Assembly: GCA_021613535.1 (NCBI GenBank)
Contig: CP075497.1
Span: 7,378,001 to 7,442,000, forward strand
Length of the DNA: 64,000 nt
Reading direction: 5' to 3'
Source of the DNA: Adineta vaga
Lineage: Eukaryota > Animalia > Rotifera
Position numbers and translations under genes: made by a program. The notes under the pieces were generated by a model. The model worked only from the letters and a program-made list of their open reading frames with translations. It was not told the DNA's origin and ran no database searches. Positions 41,441-52,796 of the stretch are shown piece by piece; within the stretch, counting starts at the first letter, position 1, and each line of letters begins with the position of its first letter.

Positions 41441-41577
41441 CGCCTCCGAAGAAGCAGCAAAAATTGCAACAATCGACACAAGGCCGACGTGCGGGATATT
41501 GGGTTTTAGTTTTCAACTAGCAATAACCTCTCCTCGCGAAACGCTCATTGGATAAGGTACTGCCGCTGCGCAAAGAT
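41441..41577 (-). ncRNA. U4: U4 spliceosomal snRNA
   Basis: Reverse complement reads ATCTTTGCGCAGCGGCAGTACCTTATCCAATGAG...TTATTGCTAGTTGAAAACT...CCCAATA, then Sm site AATTTTTG and a terminal stem-loop, matching metazoan U4. Confidence 0.95.
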
Positions 41578-42510
41578 AACTTTATTGACACATTTACTTC
41601 TATTTATAAAGTGAATTCTATGCGAAACAAATCGGTGAAGGGATGATGAATAGAAATTATATGATTCATCTTATGCTGTCAAACAGAGAAAGAAACGATT
41701 CTTCTTTTTCCTCTGTTCGTAGGAAAAAGTTATCGGTGTTTTGTTTTGTCTTTCTTTGCTTGGTTTTTTCCAATTTTGAAAAATAATTATTAGAACAGAG
41801 ACAAATAGTCGATTGTTATAATATAATTTATATTAAATTTATCATTCGATATGTATAAGGTATTTTTTCCAACTAAAAAGAATAAATTCAAGTTCTTTTT
41901 GTAAAATATAGAATTTCTTTAAAATTTATATTGTTATTTCTAGGAAGAATAAATAGACTAAAACAATAAGACAGTCATTTCCTTTCTTTCTTTCTTTCTC
42001 TATTCGATGACACAGAAATTAGTCATCAAACATAAAGATATTAGCGATAGTGATTGAAATGCATATTGAGGTTTTATGTATGAGGACCATAATATACACG
42101 GTTTGATTGACATATTTCTTTTGAGAAATAAATAAATGCCTAGAAAATGCGAAATCTTATTCTTTAGAATAGTGAAAAATCGATAGAAAATTTTTTGTAG
42201 AGCGGTTGAAAAGCAAATTTCAAGTTCGACAATAATGCATTAGTTATGGAAATTATAAAATCTATCAATGAATTTTTTTCTTCCACAACGTGAAATATAA
42301 TGTAACAACAAACATGTATACACTAGTAAAAACATTCGCCTACTCTTCTCCTATAGAAAGCGTTGTTTTTTTTCTCCGTCGATATAATCTTTTCTCTTGT
42401 GTCTGATGCAGACAGAGTTGTTTTTTTCTCTGCGTAGATTGTTTTTGAGATTTTACAATTTTTAAAGCCTTGTGCTAGATTTAATTTAAACGATTTATTT
42501 TCAAAGCAGT

Positions 42511-45355
42511 ATGTTCAAAATAAGATGTGACGGAGTAGTTCCGATGATGGATGCTTTATCTACCGATAATGACTCAGCATCAATGGATTCTGTTGTACCG
42601 GACGAAGATTCATCCAATGACGAATACGTTGAAGTAGTTACAAAACGTAGTAAGAGCTTTATATTTTTTTTCTTCTACTCAACAATAAATGCATTTTATC
42701 ACTAGATGCTGTGAATAAAAGTGAGAAACAGGTTAAAACTAACAAACGTACAAAAAAACGTAATAATACGAAATACAAAAAGGAGAGAAATGAGCCAATG
42801 TACACAATCATAAAGCAGGTATTTATTCGTATTGTTTTAATATACGTATAATAATAAATCTATGGAATAGACTTCATATTTTCCTCCTGAATCTATGTGT
42901 AAATTAACGGGGTGGCATCTATATAAAATCAAAGTAGCAAATTATGATTATTTTGGCTTTATTGTACCTTGCATACTAGGAAAGGTAAATTTTTGTTTGA
43001 TAAATTTATTCTTACAATGAAGAATTTATTCTAGATACCACCGTTCACCTTTCCTCGAAACAATGTAGAATCAATTGTAAAAGTGGAATATGTAGAACCA
43101 ATTAATTACAATAAATACAAAGATCAGTTTGAAAAATTTTGTCGATATATTTTCGAAGAAGATTTCACTGATATGAATACAGGACCAGAAGCAATTCTCA
43201 AGTTTGATATTGAATCTTCACCTTTCAAATTACTACCATGTCTATTAACAAGTAAGACTCTTGACTTACTTATCTATTATAAAATCAATTATTTTTAGAT
43301 TTGGGCAGTATAGATTATCGACAAATGCATTTGATATGTAGTAAAACAAATAGATTGGACCAGAATTTGCAGGAAATAGATGATGATGATGATGATGTTG
43401 ATGTTCAATCAAGTTCATCAGTGGTACAGTTCCATGCGTGTCTACCTCAAATTATCTCATCAAAGAGAAAAGCTGTTCAAAGGATGTCTTCAAAACGATC
43501 GAATACGGGTACATGCGAATATTTTGATAAAACAACTATAATGACAGCCACGAAAGAAGATGATATCTGTTATTCACATGAGAAATCCACGATAAAAGAT
43601 GAACAATCAACTCTTCAATCATCTCATGCTCCGCTTCCTGTTTCGGATCGTGATATATCCAATCACAAAAAATCGCAATTCGCTCCTGAATTACCAAAAA
43701 TTCTTGATCTTATTTCTCAAGTGTTTTATAAAAATAAATTAAGAGAACTATTAATTGATGCTACTGGCTCACATTCGGTAATATTTACAAATGCAGACAC
43801 ATACATGAACATGTACAATTCTTATGTATTTTTCTTTTGTAGACAAATGATCTTGACGGCATGTCACCTGTCACTTTTACTAATTCTCTTCCAACTATAC
43901 TTTCATCGGTAAGATTCTCAGAAACTGTATACTGTATACACTATAGCTTTATTTTTCTGTATATACAGCCAAATGTATTGCCCCTAACCAGTCTTTCTCA
44001 TGATTTGGTATCGGAGAATAACTGCGGGTTACATCCAAAATTTGATCTACTTTTTCAAGCGACTACTTGTCATTTAGCTGATGAAAATAGTAATATGGAG
44101 AATTTAGAAACGCTTGGAGATTCTTTTCTTAAAACAACAAGTCTATCTGTTTCTTACCAGTGTCCCGTGGGTGAGGATAAGAAACTGACAGTCGAAAGAG
44201 ATAAACATGTCGCAATGAGAATCTCTGTCGGTTGGCTCGCGAAAAAGGTTTACACAATTACTTAAACGCTCATAAATCAATCTATAGTGGAAAACAAGCG
44301 AATTGGCTACCACCTGGTTATAAAGTTCATGATGAGAAAAATGCAGAAAAGTATATGAAAGGAAAAGTGAAAGAAAAAGTTATTGCTGATATGGTTGAAG
44401 CATTGATTGGTTGCTACTTAGTATCTAGTGATTATATAACAACTTTGAAACTTATGCAATGGTTAGGTCTAAATGTAATTCCATTGGATGAACAAAGTAA
44501 AATGCAATATTAATCATGTCAGAAGTAAAAATATTTAATTTAGGAAATGTGATAACAACATTTCCACTTCTCCGTTCAGACATTAAGATCAAAAAATCAA
44601 TTGAAGAAATGTTCTATGAAAAGTCATTCACAGAAATCGAGGAAAGACTCATCGCTCATAAGTTCAAAGAAAGAGCATATCTCATTGCTGCTTTCACTCA
44701 TCCATCATATAACAATACGGCGTCAACCATAAGTTATAACAAGTAAATGAATGTATTGTTCAAATAGTATCTTCATCTATTGTTCGTAGATTGAAATTCG
44801 TGGGTAATCCATTGTTCGAGTTCTTGTTAACTCGTTATATTTTTGTCGAAAAGAAATTAACAACTCCACGTAAGAATGTTTTGTCAGTCTTGTATTTAAT
44901 CAAACATATTTTTTATAGATGAGGTAACACGCATTCGAAACAAACTAGCAAATTCGGATCACAAAGCCAGTATTATGAAAGACCATAGGCTGTATACTAA
45001 ACTTCTTTTTTGTGAAGCAGAACATGCTAAAACAGTGTCTGATTCTGACTCTGAGCAGTCATCGATGGATCATAATGTATGTTGGTTATAGCTTCTGAGA
45101 AAAGATATCATTTTTTCTTTTACAGAATATCGCAAAACCGTCACTTCAGGAGACAAAAGAAGTTCAAGCGTCTATTTTTGATGCACTTATAGGTGCTATA
45201 TTTTTCGATACAAATTGCTCACTAAATATTGTTTGGGATGCTATATGTTTCTTGATGCAATCACATATTGGTGTGTAAATGTAACTCTTAATGTTAAAAA
45301 TATATATTTTTCTTTATATTTGTTAGATGATGCTATTAATAATCTGAATTTATAG
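42511..45355 (+). pseudogene. Dicer-like A: no helicase, degenerate PAZ, RNase IIIa motifs intact, RNase IIIb inactive, no dsRBD, one frameshift at about 44212
   Basis: Platform exons are homologous to Dicer B (FKLLPCLLT). IIIa has ENLETLGDSFLK and IADMVEALIG. IIIb has KLKFVGNPLFEF and QASIFDALIG. Intron positions are shared with B. It may be functional if the frameshift is an assembly error. Confidence 0.75.
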
Positions 45356-45451
45356 TCAATACATTCATCTAATTACCTATCACCAACATCTCAATTTAAA
45401 GAAAAAATAAACACTCTGGTATTGCAACTTATTCCATAAAACCAACGCAGT

Positions 45452-45554
45452 ATTGGATATTACAATAATGTGTATATCTTCGGTATAAACTGTTCAATAC
45501 GGATTGAACCGTTGATATCAAAGATATATAGATATTATTGTAATATCAGGCAAT
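45452..45554 (+). ncRNA. Pre-miRNA-like hairpin (about 40-bp stem, 4-nt loop)
   Basis: gatattacaataat/attattgtaatatc (14 bp perfect), tgtatatctt/aagatatata, gttcaat/attgaac around loop acgg (45499-45502). The structure is seen; expression is unknown. Confidence 0.45.
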
Positions 45555-46083
45555 TTCTATATAAGAGTTTAAATGCAAACCGATTTTTATGCATGTCTGT
45601 AGAGTACTGTCCCTTCTATCGTTATCTCGTGGTTCAGTATCGTGCGTAGTTGAGAAACGAAATGAGATCAAATTTCAGTAACTCGATAGTAATACTCTAC
45701 CTTTTAGTTAGGAGAGTTGTAGATTTTTCATTCACAGGTTCCAATAACGAGTGGTTTTCCATGAGGATTTTGTTCTAGAAGAATCAATGCTATTTGGATA
45801 GGTCTATTCCGAATCGCTCTCAATCAGTTTTTTTTTCAACAGAATGGACATTGAAGAACGACTTCAGTGTCCTACTTCATACTCTTTTGAGAAAACTTGA
45901 GTGAGAATGACTTGAAATTAGCCTAACGAAAAGTCGTTGGTCTTTTCAACATTAAGTTCTCTTGGCAAGTAACTCGCGATTAATACTTTTGAAGGAAAAA
46001 TCCCCCTGTTTATGGAATGATATTTTTTATGCATTCAAAAGAAAATATGTATTCCATTACCTTCCAATAATCATATAGCGTAG

Positions 46084-46587
46084 GTAAGCAGTCTTTGACG
46101 ATTAATCTTTGCAGGCATTCGAACTTTCATCATGGTACAAGCTCCAGTAGACATGAACATCTCCAGAATGACAAGTATCTATCGATGTTCCTTGCAAAGT
46201 GATAATCATTTTACTGAACATCATCGAATCCGCGTCACAATAGATTTTTCAAAGAGTTTTATGATGAAATTTCAACTTGGTATTACAGTCACAGAGATAT
46301 GTATTTGACAGTTGAATACGCTCTAAAGTTTGACTACTTTTCAGGATTCATAGCAATATAGAGATATCTCCGTGAGTTTAATGATACCAAGTTGAAATTT
46401 CATTATAAAACTGCTCGAAATCGATTGTAACGCGAACCCGATAATATTCAGCAAAATGATTATCACTTTGCAAGGAACATCGATAGATACTTGTCATTCT
46501 GGAGATGTTCATGTCTCACTGGAGCTTGTTTTATGAAGAGAGTTCGAGACAGGCAATGATTCATCATCTGAGACTGTTTTCTTGTAG
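46084..46587 (+). repeat. Long fold-back inverted repeat (about 240-nt arms) bounded by GTAAG and TTTTCTTGTAG
   Basis: 46149-46212 is the exact reverse complement of 46453-46516 (64 bp). Imperfect pairing extends out to 46084/46581 and in to about 46330. Confidence 0.92.
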
Positions 46588-47231
46588 AAGAGAAAGAGAG
46601 GACCTTTCATTTTTGTCAGTAATAGTCAGCCATGTATAACTATCGAGTTAATGAACTATGATTCTTATTTCTTTTTGAAAACACGCATGATTCAACACGA
46701 TGAGGTCGCGATCAGCAGTTTTTTGTTGTTTTCTATTGTTTTCGATTTATGTTTGTCAATGAATCTTTTTTTTTGTAATAAAAAATATTCAATCGTCGAA
46801 AAAACCAGTATTGGTTCACGTAAAATTCTCATTTTGTTAAAATGATAATATAAAATTCAATATTTACATGAGAACGATGTGTTTATGAGCAATTGTATCA
46901 TTTCTGATTGTTCGTTCTTGTTAAACATTATGCAGTTTGACTACTATGAAACGAAAAAAACCCAGTAACCACGTGTGGATTTCGAGATGTTTTCTTTTCT
47001 GATTCAAATAAGAAAGAGAATCAAATGCAGCCACCAAAAACATCAACAGAACGCAAAATTTCCATTCTTTTTTTAAGTATTTTGGTGAGTTAACATTAGT
47101 CGAGCATTTTCATGTAGTAATCATATTGCTGTAGGTTTAACAACCATACATTCGTTAATGGTTACAACTACAACTTCGCAAGTTATATAGATTAATTTTT
47201 TTCTGAATAAATTTCGCATTCTGGTAGCACG

Positions 47232-50200
47232 ATGACTGATAGAAATAGAGTCGATCTTGATCCTCGGTCATATCAAGTAGATACATTCTTTTTTCACTTC
47301 AAATATATCATAGATTTAATTTACATAGACGGAAATAGTGGAACAAGCAAAATCAAAGAATTTGATTGTTTGTCTTCCAACTGGCAGTGGAAAAACGTAT
47401 ATTGCTGTTATGCTTATTAAAGAACTATTGCCCATGACTCGACAATCTCTCGCTGATGGAGGAAAACGAACTATTATTCTCGTGAAAACAGGTATTTAAT
47501 TTTCTTGAATCGGATCATAAAACTTCTTAATTTTATTTTTATTCAAGTCGAACTTGGTCGACAGCATTATAATACAATAGATAGCCATCTTAAATTAGAA
47601 ATTATAGCTTATGCTGATTCCCCGCAAATTCGATTACAAGATAGAGAAAAATGGATGAAAATATTTGAAAAGTATAAAATCTTGATTTTTACCGCACAAA
47701 CATATGTTAATCTACTTCAACATGGTCTTTGTTGTAAGATAAAGGCAATGGATTTTTCAGCAAATTGTAATTGTTTCTTTTTCAGCATTAAATCAAGTGA
47801 ATTTATTAATTTTTGACGAATGTCATCATGCAAGTGGTAATGATCCTTATACGACAGTAATGAAACAGTATGATGCACGTTCCGATTCGCCTCGTATACT
47901 CGGATTAACTGCATCGATTAGTGGACAAAAGCTTAAACCGAAAGATCTACAAAAAGCTGCTGGTGAATTAGAAAAAATGTATCAGTAAGTTTCAGTATAA
48001 TATTGAAAGTGATTTGTATAACAGCAATGATTTCTAGTGCACAAATTGAGACTGGATCTGATCGAGATGTAATCATTCAAAATAGTACATCAGTAAAAGT
48101 GCAACATGATCGTTGTGATAACTATAAACAATACATCACTGTCAAGAAAAGAACGGAAGTTATGAATATCTTTAAAGTTAGTTTTCGTTGTTTGTTATAC
48201 GATGATAGTTTGAGCTTGTATTTAATTTAGATAGCCGAATCGCTTCGTGATGAACTCGATAAGTATTTAAAATCCAAAACGCAAGAAGTCGAAATGAAGA
48301 ATGATACATCAAAAATAGCAGATCAATCAGTGTTTATTTCTTTACATTGTCGAACTTTGAAACAATTGAAATCTCATCTAGATAATATTATACATATTGG
48401 TGATGATCTTGGTTTCCAAGGATTTCTTCACGGAATAATAGCATTAAACAAGCATTTGAAAGCAAATCCTTTGTATGGAATAATAAGTGATGAAGTTGGA
48501 AAAAGCGTATACAATAATATCAAAGATAAACTTAATTCTATTATCAATACCAATACAGAAGCTTTTACCAATGATCAAAAAATTAAATATAGTGATAAAG
48601 TTATGAAAGTAAAAGAATACATAATAAACAATCAAGATAGTCAATGTATTGTCTTTGTCGAACGAGTTTATACAGCTGCTTTTTTATGTCAAGTGTTACG
48701 CGAAATTTTCGAAGGAACTAAGAAAATACAATATATTTCTGGTTCAAAAGCTTATATTGATGAAATCAGTGTTTCAAAAGCTTCGAATGCTGGAATCAGT
48801 AATCCGACAACAGATGAAGTCCGTGAATATCACAATTGAAATCATTTTATTTAATTTTAATTTTTAGTGTGACGTAGTTAAAATGTTTAGAAAGAAAACT
48901 TGCAATGTTTTGGTATCTACAGCTATCATTGAAGAAGGTTCGAAACAAAAAATACTTAAATATCGTTTATATGTGAGAAATTTATTTTACTTTCTAGGTT
49001 TGGATGTTCCGGAATGTAATCTTGTTATTCGTTTTAATAAACCTCAAAATTTATCATCTTATTTACAATCCAAAGGACGTGCAAGAAAGCTAGGAGGAAA
49101 CGCATTATTTGTTGTGTTAAGAGATGAAGCTACTCCCGAAAGTTACGCTCTAAATAAAGAAGAATATCTCAATTACGAATGTATAGAAAAGGTTAGTAGA
49201 TTACAATGCTTCTATATTCACTTCCTATTTCCTTATTGTTAACACTACAGTTATTAAAAAACAATTTTAAAAGTGAACACGATTTCGATCCATCATCGAA
49301 TGGCGACGATAATTTACTGAAACCATATCAAACACAGAAAGTGAAAATTGATGCAATACGTGCCATTGAAATCATATATCAGTATGTACATAATTCGATG
49401 ATTGTCTATTATTTTTATTCTATTTCTTTTAAGATATTGTGCTGTTCTTGGTACTAGTACATTTTTGTCACCTCAATTTTACTTTTCTTCAATTGAACAT
49501 AAAAATTTTCAATGTATTCTAACAATGCCTATCAATTGTCCAATTACTGAACCTGTTATTGTAAATTTTCGATTTCTCTCGGAAACTTCTCATTTTTGTT
49601 TTTTCATAGTGTGCAAACAAAACAAAGAAATTAGCGAAACAAGAATGCTGTTTGACAATGGTGAAAATGCTTTGCGAGAAAAGTAATGATTTTGAATAGT
49701 ATGTATTTAAAAGATTTCAGATACTTTTCATAGACGAACTCGATGAATATTGTTTACCAATTATTTTGAAGCGACGTTTAAAAACAGATCATACTTTCGG
49801 TGATGATCCAGGTAGATCAACACTTGAATCAATAGACATACAAGTATCTATTCATGTTTCGAAATACAACAAAGATTATGAATTAATTCGTTCTATTAAT
49901 TAGATTTCGTATTTATTCCATACATACAATCATGCGTCAACGGATTGGTATTTATATAGAATTAATATTTCAGACAATGATGATCTTGGTTTTGTTATTC
50001 CTGTTCAATTAAAATCTACAGTAATGATATATTTTATCCACGTGATTATTTTATAAACTTATCTTTAGTTACCACACTTTACACTCTATGGTCGTGATAA
50101 GGAATTTATCGTGGAAATTCATTGTGTGAAAGTGATTGATATTCAAGAATGTACAGATCAATTGGAGACCTTTTGTCAATATATTTTCGAAGAAGTGTTC

Positions 50201-52689
50201 GACGCAATGAATATAAAATTAGAATCTATTCTTCAATTTGATCTTCAATCTTCTACATACAAATTATTACCATGTCTTTTAACAAGTAAGAATATCGTAT
50301 TTCTTGTCGTTGTTTTACTCGGATTCATTAATAGAATCGGATGATATTGATTATCAACGAATGAGAACAATATGTGAAAGAAACAACAAGTCTATTACGC
50401 ATCCATCAGAACTCAATGATAATGAAGTTTATTATATTTCATATATGTCAGACAGACAATTTTTTCGAAGTATTTCTGATCAATCTCTATTGAAACGATC
50501 AACAGACAAACGAGAAGATAGAAAATCAGATAGCAACGATGAAAGTTATGCAGAATATTTCGAACAAAAAGTACCTGGTATTCGTGTTCAGGAAAATCAC
50601 CTGGCCACAGTGAAAGATTTTAGAAAACCAAGAATCGATTATCTGAAAGATGCGACAAGAAAGAAAGACAAAGAATCAATAAGTGGACCATCATATTTCG
50701 TAATAGAAGTTGTACGTTATGCTCCATTGAATCAAGAAGATTTTGAATTGATTTATAAATTACCAAGTATTCTTATTCGTTTATCACAATTGTATTATGT
50801 TGAACAGCTTCGACAACTATTGAGTCCTTTTCGCTCAATATCATATGCAGTAAGGAGAAAAATTTCACAATATCATCGAATTTTATACTTATTTCCGTTC
50901 TAGATGTCGAATGATGATGATAAATTACCAATAACTTTCACTGATTGCCTTGAAACTATATTTTCATCAGTAAGTTCTTTGGAAAGTCTATTTAGTACCA
51001 TCTATGATCTTTTTACTTCGATAGTCTTCATCAACAGCATTGCCACTTACTTGTTTTCGTTATGATTTTCTATTACAGAAGAAGTCTCGACTACAACCTC
51101 CACCTGAATTATTATTTCAAGCAATTACGCGACGTGCAGCAGATGAAAATACTGATATGGAGAATCTGGAGATATTAGGTGATTGTTTTCTTAAACTAGC
51201 GATGTCTTTGTCACTTTTCCATCAATATCCAACTGGTGACGCAGGAAAACTAACAACAGAAAAGGATTGGTTTGTTTCGAACTTGAATCTTTATCAATTA
51301 GCCATGAAAAAAGGTTTACAAAATTACTTAAACGCTCATAAACCAATCTACAGTGGAAATCAAGCGAATTGGATGCCACCAGGTTATAAAGTTGATGCGA
51401 ACAATGCAGAAAAGTATATGAAAGGAAAAGTGAAACGAAAAGCGATTGCTGATATGATTGAAGCATTGATTGGTTGCTACTTAGTATCTACTGATTATAT
51501 AACAACTTTGAAATTTATGCAATGGTTAGATTTGAAGGTGATTCCAATAAACGATGCAGGTAAGAATAATAATTCATTAGAATTTGAGTAATGATAATGA
51601 CAAAATAGATCAAATGGAAATACCGCCTGTTCTACGTCCGGGTCTAATTGATACCATGCCTGATGTTATAAATCAAGTTAACGCATTTTTTATCAATCAG
51701 GAGTTTGATAAAATTGAAAAAGAGATCAATTATATTTTTAAAAATAAAGCCTATCTCATTGCAGCATTCACTCATGCATCCTATGTCAATAATCGTCTTA
51801 CACAATGTTATGAAAGGTATATCGAAACTAATACGACTCAATAATAATCATATATTTTCAATAGATTAGAATATTTGGGCGATGCTGTATTAGATTTTTT
51901 AGTTATTCGGTGTTTATTTATTGAACATTACAAACATGTTACACCAAGTAAAACCTAGTCGAAATATATATATTTTTTAAATTAGATGAATTTGTTTTCT
52001 TAGGTCGAGTAACTAATCTTCGACAAGATTTATCCAATAATGGTCGTTTAGCATATATTCTCTATTCTTGTCAACTTCACAAAAAAATTCTTTATTTATC
52101 ACCACATCTTTTTTCTCAAATAGAATTGTTTCACAAAGCTATGACTGAACGTTCAGAAAAACAAGCAACTGAAGAACAAGTAAGTGAAATGATGGTTTTG
52201 AGAACCATTATAAACACGAGAATTTTTATTATATCAAGGATATTTATGAATGGGCTGATTCTACAGCACCAAAACCACTCGCTGATGTATTTGAAGCATT
52301 AGTTGGAGCGATATTCATTGATTGTGGATATTCATTAGATACTGTTTGGAAGGTTATTGAACCTTTACTACGGCAATACATTGGTATGTTATTATTAAAA
52401 AGAAACAATTTAATTTAAGTTGTCTATTACTATTTAGATCAATCTATTAAAAAAACGAATATTAATCCGATACGAACAGTTTTTGAAAAAGGTGGCAAAT
52501 ATCTCAAGTAAGTTATGTTTCCATTAATTTCATATGAAATTCTTTCTTTTGTTAAGACAAACAACCGATGGTAAAGGAAATTTTACTTATACGATAATAT
52601 TACTCAATGGAGAAAAGGTGACAGGTCATGGAAAGAATACAAAACTGGCAAAATATGATTCTTGTCGGCGAGCAATAAAACTTTTGTAG
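47232..52689 (+). CDS. Dicer B: full-length Dicer (DExD helicase, DUF283, platform/PAZ, RNase IIIa+b, dsRBD)
   Basis: [52 protein letters not shown]. IIIa: [12 protein letters not shown] and [10 protein letters not shown]. IIIb: [13 protein letters not shown] and [10 protein letters not shown]. Terminal [18 protein letters not shown]. Confidence 0.94.
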
Positions 52690-52796
52690 AGATTTTTATT
52701 TAACTTTCTTATCGCATTTTTGTTGACTATATTTATCACGTGTGATAGTTAAAACGAAGACAAATTTTTCGTCTATTTTATTTTATTTTTTCAGAA

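Noticed and set aside
46149-46516. Possibility that the long hairpin arms derive from the adjacent Dicer coding sequence, or show a uniform G:U strand bias
   Set aside because: No convincing match to Dicer A, B or C by eye. Wobble-compatible mismatches fall about equally on both strands overall.
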